Source: Clostridia bacterium
Lineage (GTDB): Bacteria; Bacillota; Clostridia; Oscillospirales; CAG-272
Assembly: GCA_017403155.1 (NCBI GenBank)
Contig: JAFQOP010000017.1
Coordinates: 17,023 to 81,022, forward strand
DNA length: 64,000 nt
Reading direction: 5' to 3'
Below are positions 26,877 through 35,400 of the stretch, one piece after another. The translations under genes were made by a program, and so were the position numbers. The notes under the pieces were generated by a model. It had not been told where the DNA came from and searched no databases. It worked only from the letters and a program-made list of their open reading frames with translations. The number at the start of each line of letters is the position of its first letter. Position 1 is the first letter of the stretch.

Positions 26877-28052
26877 ATGAGCAGAAAACCAAAGAACCCA
26901 AACGTACTTACACTCAAGGAAAGCCGCGAGATAATCAAGAGCAACCTGCGCGAGATGAAGCGGCTTGAGAAGCAGAAGAGAGAGAAACGCACACTTTCCG
27001 ACTACACCACCGTGATGCGCTCGGATAACAACGTGCTTGAGATAGAGAATCTCGAGACCTGCTTCTTCACCGACAACGGCGTCGTCCGCTCGGTAAACAA
27101 AATATCCTTCGACGTACCGAAGGACTCGGTTGTCGGACTCGTTGGAGAGTCGGGCTGTGGCAAAAGCGTCACCAGCCTCTCGATAATGCAGCTTGTCCAG
27201 GCACCGCAGGGACAGGTAATCGGCGGCGAGATTCGCTTCAGCTCGGATGAGCTCGGCTACACCGAGGACGGAGAGAAACTCTGCTATGACATCACCAAAA
27301 TGCCCACCCTTGATATGTGCCGCATCAGAGGCAGGGATATCTCCATGATATTCCAGGAGCCTATGACCAGCCTTAACCCCGTATTCACCGTTGGCTACCA
27401 GATTGAGGAGGTATTCTATCTTTTGAATCCTGAGGCTACGAAGGAGGAGGCAAGGCAGAAGGCGATAGAGATGCTGACTCTCGTTGGTATCCCTATGCCC
27501 GAAACGATTATCGATTACTATCCTCATCAGCTCTCGGGCGGTATGAGACAGAGAGTAATGATTGCGATAGCGCTCACGGGAGACCCGAAGCTCATTATCG
27601 CAGACGAGCCAACCACGGCTCTTGACGTAACGATACAGAGCCAGATACTGAAGCTTTTGCAGAAGGTAAGACACGCCTCGGGCGCGTCGATAATGCTCAT
27701 TACCCACGACCTCGGCGTCGTTGCCGAGATGGCAGACTACGTTGTAGTTATGTACGCGGGTAAGATAGTAGAGAAGGGAACAGTCTACGAGATATTCGAC
27801 AATCCCCGTCACCCCTACACCATAGGCATCCAGAAGGCAAAGCCCTCGCTCGCCTCCGATGCGGCAGAGGAGCTCTACAGCATCCCCGGCAACGTTCCCA
27901 ACCCCATAAACATTCCCGACGAATGCCTTTTCAAGGGCAGATGCGACAGAAAATGCGGCAAGTGCGAGGGCACCTACCCGAAGGAGATAAAGCTCTCCGA
28001 TACGCACAGCGTATTCTGCCATCTGTACGATGAAGATAGGGAGGATATCTAA
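26877..28052 (+). CDS. ABC transporter ATP-binding protein (OppD/DppD type) with Cys-rich C-terminal extension
   Basis: Walker A GESGCGKS, signature LSGGMRQR, Walker B LIIADEPTTALD, and C-terminal CLFKGRCDRKCGKC. The ATG at 26877 is preferred (GAGGTGA 5 nt upstream); the track starts at the GTG at 26868, which overlaps the OppC stop. Confidence 0.92.
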   Translation: MSRKPKNPNVLTLKESREIIKSNLREMKRLEKQKREKRTLSDYTTVMRSDNNVLEIENLETCFFTDNGVVRSVNKISFDVPKDSVVGLVGESGCGKSVTSLSIMQLVQAPQGQVIGGEIRFSSDELGYTEDGEKLCYDITKMPTLDMCRIRGRDISMIFQEPMTSLNPVFTVGYQIEEVFYLLNPEATKEEARQKAIEMLTLVGIPMPETIIDYYPHQLSGGMRQRVMIAIALTGDPKLIIADEPTTALDVTIQSQILKLLQKVRHASGASIMLITHDLGVVAEMADYVVVMYAGKIVEKGTVYEIFDNPRHPYTIGIQKAKPSLASDAAEELYSIPGNVPNPINIPDECLFKGRCDRKCGKCEGTYPKEIKLSDTHSVFCHLYDEDREDI

Positions 28053-29114
28053 ATGGAAGAAAAGAATATCAACCCGATCGCGTCGGAAAAGGATTACATC
28101 CTTGAGGTAGATGGGCTGAAGCAGCATTTCCCCATAAAGAAAAGCATTATGGGCAAGGTGCTCTCCTCGCTCAAGGCGGTAGACGGCGTCTCCTTCAAGC
28201 TCGAGCGCGGCAAGACCCTCGGTATAGTGGGTGAGTCAGGCTGCGGCAAGACCACCCTCGGCAGAACGATACTCCGCCTCTACGACTTTACCGAAGGCTC
28301 CGCTATCTACAACTCCAAGGATGAGGAGGGAAACGTCCGCTCGGTAGACCTTGCGAAGGTATCGAAGCGCGAGCTTCTCGATCTTCGTACCGAGCTGCAG
28401 CTCGTCTTCCAGGATCCGTATTCCTCTCTCCCCCCCAGAATGACCGTCGGCGCCATCATCGGTGAGGCGGTAAAGGTACATAACGTAGTCCCTGCCGACG
28501 AGGTGAGTGATTACGTACGCAGCGTTATGAAGCGTTGCGGACTCCAGGAGCATTTCTATGACCGCTATCCCCACGAATTCTCGGGCGGACAGCGCCAGAG
28601 AATATGCATCGCGCGCGCCCTTGCAGTAAAGCCGAAGCTCGTCGTGTGTGACGAGCCCGTATCCGCGCTTGACGTTTCAATCCAGGCGCAGATAATAAAC
28701 CTGCTGAAGAAGCTGCAGCGCGAGGAGGGAATGTCCTATCTCTTTATTTCCCACGACCTTTCGGTCGTAAAATACATCTCCGACAATATTGCGGTTATGT
28801 ATCTCGGAAACGTGGTTGAAATGGGCTCCACCGCGGATATATGCAAGAATGCACAGCATCCGTACACCAGGGCTCTCTTCTCCGCCGTTCCCGTAGCAAA
28901 TCCCCACAACAAATCAGAGCCCGTCGCCCTCGAGGGCGAGCTGCCCAGCCCCGCAAATCCTCCAAAGGGCTGTAAGTTCCATACCAGATGTAAGTATTGC
29001 ACGGACAAGTGCCGTGAGATGGCTCCTGGTATGACAGAGGTAAGTGAGGGCCACTTCGTTGCCTGCTATCTTGTAGAAGATGGAATGAGGACAAATGAAG
29101 AAAAGAAAGACTAA
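28053..29114 (+). CDS. ABC transporter ATP-binding protein (OppF/DppF type)
   Basis: Walker [10 protein letters not shown], signature FSGGQRQR, Walker [13 protein letters not shown], and C-terminal [18 protein letters not shown]. Confidence 0.92.
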   Translation: MEEKNINPIASEKDYILEVDGLKQHFPIKKSIMGKVLSSLKAVDGVSFKLERGKTLGIVGESGCGKTTLGRTILRLYDFTEGSAIYNSKDEEGNVRSVDLAKVSKRELLDLRTELQLVFQDPYSSLPPRMTVGAIIGEAVKVHNVVPADEVSDYVRSVMKRCGLQEHFYDRYPHEFSGGQRQRICIARALAVKPKLVVCDEPVSALDVSIQAQIINLLKKLQREEGMSYLFISHDLSVVKYISDNIAVMYLGNVVEMGSTADICKNAQHPYTRALFSAVPVANPHNKSEPVALEGELPSPANPPKGCKFHTRCKYCTDKCREMAPGMTEVSEGHFVACYLVEDGMRTNEEKKD

Positions 29115-29355
29115 AGTAAAAACTGTTTATTATGAGGATAAGGGAGAAACTATTTACTCCATGGCAGCTCTTGAGGGTAAGACCCCCGAACAGAAGGAGG
29201 AGGAGGAAAAGAACCGCAAGAATTTCCCGACCCTGACAGGTAAGGAAAGACGCGCTATGATAAGCGCGGCATTCTCGGTTTACGGCCCCCTTCTTCTGAT
29301 GCTTGTAGGCTCCTTTGCCCTGGTGGCACTGTTCCTCTACTTTTTCCTGAAATAA
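29095..29355 (+). CDS. Small basic/acidic protein with a single C-terminal TM helix (hypothetical)
   Basis: 86-aa ORF overlapping the OppF end by 20 nt, with a GAGGAC SD 4 nt upstream. The TM segment is AAFSVYGPLLLMLVGSFALVALFLYFFL. Confidence 0.45.
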   Translation: MKKRKTKVKTVYYEDKGETIYSMAALEGKTPEQKEEEEKNRKNFPTLTGKERRAMISAAFSVYGPLLLMLVGSFALVALFLYFFLK

Positions 29356-29423
29356 AGCAAAAAAGCAAAGACATTATTAGTTAAACAGCCGCATAAGCGG
29401 TATTAAATAAGGAGGTTTCTACC

Positions 29424-32400
29424 ATGACAAAAAGAAAAATCCTTTCTTTGCTACTCGCGGTAATGCTCATAATTTGTGCATTCGCGATGGTTAGCTGCAA
29501 TGATGAAGAACCCGAGGTACCCACTCCGTCCGAAAAGACTGAGTGGCCCGAGGCAGGTGTCTACAAATTTGCGGCAGGTATAAGCGAATGTTCCCTCGTT
29601 CTTAACGAAGGCGATACATTCACACTCGTGTATAAGGACCAGAGCCAGAACGGTACTTATACTCTGTCCAACAGCACTCTCGTGCTCAAGTTTGAAGGCG
29701 AGGCTGAGAAGCTCGTAACGGCGAACTATGCCGTTACCGCCATCACTCTCAACTATGATGGCGCTAATATGATTCTGTATAAGAATCTCAGCTACACCGT
29801 AACCTTCGACTCTCAGGATGGCACCGAGGTTGCAAGCCAGACAGTAGTAAACGGCCAGAAGGCAACCTTACCCGAGAATCCCACCCGAGAGGGATATGAT
29901 TTCCTCGGCTGGTACAAGGATGAAGCGTTTACCTCGGCATTCAGCTTTGAGTCGCCCATAACCGCTGACACCACCCTGTACGCTCGCTGGGAAAAGCCCT
30001 CCGAGGATATGCAGCTCCCCGATCCTGAGATCAACGTAACTGCAACTAAGATTGAGTGGCAGTCCATTTCGGGAGCAAGATCCTACCGTGTTGATATCAT
30101 AGCTCCTGACGGAGAGGTAGTATTTACCCAGAACGCCACAGCTACTGTTGTCAACGTTGATTTCGAGCAGTTTGATGCAGCGATCTACACCGTAAGGGTA
30201 ACCGCACTTGCACAGACCGGCTCCGAGGACGACTCCTCCAAGGAGGTTACCTATGCGCATAAGGCGCTTGCAAAGGTAACGGGCTTCGACGTTATCAGCC
30301 CCTCTCTCCTTGTATTCAATAAGGTAGAAAATGCCGAGAAGTACTACGTAACCGTAGTCTGCGGCGACCCCGACCACAACCACACATACTATGACAACGG
30401 AACTAACAGGTTCTTCAGCCTGGAGAACTGTGTCATGGGCGAGGACGGCATCAAGGTAACCGTTACCGCTGTTGCAGAGGGCTTTGCTTCCTCTACCTCC
30501 GAGACCTTCGTATACAAGAGAGAGCTCGGCGCAGTAACCGGTCTTGTAATTGATGAAGCCACCGAGACCGTTACCTGGAACGAGGTTGAAAATGCTACCT
30601 CCTACATGGTATCCGTAATCTGCGGTGACGCCTCTCACAGCCATGCATTCGTAAGCGTTGGCAGCCAGACCTCCGTAAGCATCAAGGGCTGCGCTCCCTG
30701 CGAGGGCGGCATCGTTGTAAAGGTATATCCCGTAACCGACGGATACATCTCTCCCGAGGCAACAACCCTTACTTATGAGAAGAGCGGTCTTCAGACCCCC
30801 GGCGCTCTCACCGTTAACGGCACCGTTATCAGTTGGAATGCCGTAACAGGCGCAACTTCCTATGAGGTAAAGATTGGCACCGAGACATATACCGTAGATG
30901 CTAACAGCTACGATATGGCAGCTCTGCTTAACTACGCAGAGGGCACCCCGTATGCAATCAGCGTACGCGCAGTCTCCGATGACGCAAACTCCCTTTGGAC
31001 CGACGTGCTTACCGCCCGTTACTATGAGATGGGCGAGCTTGCATACGGCAAGGGCACCCTCACTTGGGCACCCGTAGTAGGTGTTGCAGGCTATGAGGTT
31101 CAGGTAAACGGCGGTGAAATCGTCGCAGTTGACGGCAGCACTACCGCAGCGCCCATCACCTTTACCAAGGCAGGCGTAAATACCCTCAAGGTTCGCTTTG
31201 TCGACGGCAAGGTAAAGTCCGAGTGGAAGAGCATAGAGGTTTATGCGCATGCTATAACCTTCGACACCCTCGGCGGCAGCGAGATCATCGTACAGTATAA
31301 GGCTGTCGGCGATCCCATCACCCTTCCCACCGCTACCAAGGCAGGCTACGTATTCGACGCATGGTACAACCTTCCCGGCGGCGCCGCAAGCAACGGCAAG
31401 GAGTACACCGACACCGTATTTGCAGGCTCGGGCTCGATTGTTCTCTATGCACAGTACGTCGCAGAGGAGTATGAGATTGACCTCGACTTCGCAGGCGGCA
31501 GCGGCACCTCCGATAAGGGTACCGTATCCTATGAGAACAGCTACACCATCGAGGTTCCCGTAGCGGCTGACCCCGCGCTTGTATTTGCAGGCTGGTTCAG
31601 CGCACCCTACGGCAAGGGCGTTCAGTATACCGATGCCAACGGTAACAGCCTTGCTCCCTGGACTGATCTCGAGGGCGCAAAGTTCTACGCATTCTGGGTA
31701 GATTACACCCTTGAATACACTCTTACCAACGTAAACGGCAAGCCCGCTTACATGGTTTCCGCAGGTGACAGAATATCTCTTGTTACCGAAATTACAGTTC
31801 CCGCAACCTATAAGGGTGTTAACGTTGCTATGATCGCAGGTAATGCGTTCCTTAACTGCACGACCCTTGAGGTTATCAACCTTCCCGCTACTATCGAGCA
31901 GATTTCGAACGTTTCTCCCTTCGGCGGCTGCACAGCCCTCAAGGAAATAAACGTATACGACGTTGAGGGCGTAAGCGCTCGCTACTGGTCCGAGGACGGT
32001 GTTCTCTTTGACAACGGCACCTCCACCGTAGCTACTCCCAAGCTCCTCCACATGCCCGTAGCAAAGGAGGGCATCTACACGGTTCCCGCAGGCATTACCG
32101 AGATTCCCGAGGCTGCGTTTGCAAGCTCCAAGGTATCCAAGGTTGTAATTCCTGTGAGCGTAACCAAGATTGGCAGAGAGGCATTTACCAATGCCACCAA
32201 CCTCGCCTCCGTAGTATTCTCCGTACCCGAGGCAAGGGAGAGCGCATCCGCGCTTATGATCGGTGCCAGAGCATTTGCAGGCTGTACCTCTCTTGAGAAG
32301 ATAATCCTTCCCGCAAGACTTTCCGAAATTAAGCTTCAGAAGTACACCGTAAGCGGTGAGACCGTAGAAATTGACGGTGCTGAGAACGCATTTGCAGGCT

Positions 32401-35400
32401 GCACCTCTCTTTCCGCTATCACCGTAGCAGCAGGCAATGCTGCATACAAGTCCGTTGACGGTCTTATCTACTCCGCTGACGGCAAGACCCTCCTCTACTG
32501 CCCTGCAGGCAAGACGTTTGAGGACGGCAAGCTTGAAATTCCCACAGGCACGGTTACCGTTGCGGCAGGTGCCTTCGTTGATTGCAGTGGCATCACCGAG
32601 GTTGCTCTTCCCAACACCGTAACTCTCGTTGGCGAGTGTGCCTTCTACGGCACGGCTTCTCTCAGCAAGGTTACCTTCGGCGGCGAATCCTTCGTTAACC
32701 TTGTAATCGGTAAGTACGCGTTCCGCGACTGCTCCAATCTCTCTGTGCTTGAGCTTGAGCCCGGAAGCCGCGTTTCCGTAATCTCCGAGGGTTCATTTAT
32801 GAACTGTACCTCTCTGTCTGCTCTTACCGTTCCCGCAACTGCTACCGCTATCCAGGCTAATGCATTCAGCGGCTGTACCGGTCTTGAGAGCATCTCCTTC
32901 GAGGCAAGCACTCAGGAGCTCGCCTTCGGTGAGAACGCATTCTACAACTGTACCGCTCTTGCAAGCGTTACCCTTCCCGCTAACGTATCCGCTATCCCCG
33001 GTATCTTTAACGGCTGCTCCTCTCTTACCAGTGTTACCGTTCATGAGGATAACCCCTATTTCATGAGCGATGAGGAGGGCGTTGTATTCAACAAGGAAAA
33101 GACCGAGATCGTCTTCTTCCCCCACGGAAAGAGCGGCGATTACACCCTTCCCGACACCGTTACCTCTATTGCTAACGGCGTATTCAAGGGCGTAAGCCTT
33201 GACTCCATTACCATCAACAACGCTATCACCAGCATCGGCGACGAGGCGTTCCGTGACTCCTCCATCTATGAATATATCTTTGTTGGAGACGAGAACACCG
33301 AGTCTCTTACCATCGGTAATAGCGCATTCGAGGGTGCATCGGGTGATGAACTCACACTTCCCGCACACACCAAGTATATCGGTGAGGCTGCATTTGCACG
33401 CTCCGATTTCTACTACGGCATCGTGCTTAACAACGGTGTAGAGACTCTTGGTGCTTATGCATTCTATGATATGGAATTCGGCTCCTGGAGTGCTGATCCC
33501 GTCATTATTCCTCCCAGCGTTAAGACAATAGGCGACTATTGCTTCGCAGAGGGTGAATACGACTACGTAGACGTAGAGATCAATGCAGAGGGCTCCGTGC
33601 TCGAGTATATCGGTAAGCACGCCTTCGATGGCAACTCTTCCTTCTACTCCTTCACCATTCCCGCAACCGTCAAGGTTATTGACGACTACGCATTCTACAA
33701 TTGCTACTACCTCGGATACTATCCCAGCTACTACGGTGGCTTCTCGTTTGCTGCAGACAGCACTCTTGAGACTATCGGTGCCCATGCATTTGACTACTGT
33801 GAATATCTTGAGGAAATAACCATTCCCAAGTCCGTGAAGACTATCAAGGCATATGCATTTGCAAACTGCGGAGGTCTTGAGACCGTTATCTTCGAGGAGG
33901 GCGGCAGTGACGACCTTATTCTCGGCACTCCCTATACCTACTCCTACATTGACGTAAACGGTCAGCAGGTTACCGCAATTGATCGCGGTCACGTATTTGA
34001 CAACTGCAAATACCTTGAGAACATAAGCCTTCCCGAGCATCTTGTAGAGATTGGAGAATACTCCTTCTACAATGCAGGAGGAAACCTCTACTCGTCCAAT
34101 CTTACCGTATCCTTTGGCGAGAACAGCCGCCTTGCAACCATAGGTGATGGCGCGTTCTACTACGCAAACATTTCAACCATCACCATTCCTAAGTCCGTAC
34201 GCAACCTTGAGCCCGTCCTCGACGAGGCAACAGGCGAGTACCGCGACCGCATCGGTATCGGTAATAAGGCATTCTACTTCCTCTACGACTCTCTTACCGA
34301 GGTTATCTTCGAGGCAGGCAGCAACGAGCCTCTTACCATCGGTGAGTATGCATTCGATACCTGCCGTTTGCTCGAGAGCATCGAGCTTCCCGCAAGACTC
34401 GCTCCCTACACCAGCTACACAGGTGAGGTTATTCCTCCTCTTGCTAACGGCGCAGGTGTATTCAACGAGGCAACAGCTCTTCAGTCTGTTACCGTAAGCG
34501 GCACCGACGGCTACTATGCAAGCGTCGAGGGCGTTCTCTACACCGCAGATATGACCGAGCTTGTATTCTGTCCCGTGGCTAAGAATGGCGCGGTAAGCAT
34601 TCCCGCTACCGTAACCAAGATTCACGACAGAGCCTTCTATGAGTGCGTAGAGCTCGAGGCTATTACCTTCGTAGGTGGCGAGGGCGATATGGTAATCGGT
34701 AACGAGGCGTTCTACGGATGCAAGAAGATTACCGAGATTGTTCTTCCCGACAACGTTAAGACTATCGGCACCGAGGCATTCTACGGATGCTCTGAGCTTG
34801 TAGCTATTACTCTTCCCGCAGGCCTTGCAGGCTTTGACAGCGGCATCGTCGGCGCATGTCCCAAGCTCTCGACCATCACCGTGGGAGGTGGCGAGAACGC
34901 AGGCTTCAAGCTTGTTGGCGGCGTAATGTTCAGCATCGACGGCACCGAGCTTATCTACTATCCTGCTACCCTTGATGCTACCGAGTACACCGTACCCGAT
35001 GGCGTTAAGTACATAGCAGACGGTGCATTCTCCGGCAACACCATGCTTGAGAGCATCACTCTTCCCGAGGGACTTATTGAGATCGGCGCAAACGCGTTCA
35101 GCAGCTGCTCCGTTCTTGAGAGCATCAACATCCCCGGCAGCGTTGTTCTCCTCGATACAGGCGCCTTCATCGGATGCTACAGCCTCAGCTCGGTAGACTT
35201 CGCAGACAGTGAGGAAGCTCTTATCATCGGTGATAAGGCGTTCTACAACAACTCCTCTCTTGAGAGCATCAGCTTCCCCGAAAGACTTGCCGAGATTGGC
35301 ATGGAGGCGTTCTATTCCGCAGTACTTTCCGAGGTTTCCTTTGCTCCCAACAGCAAGCTCGGCGTTATCGGTGACATGGCATTCTACAGAACCCGTCTTG

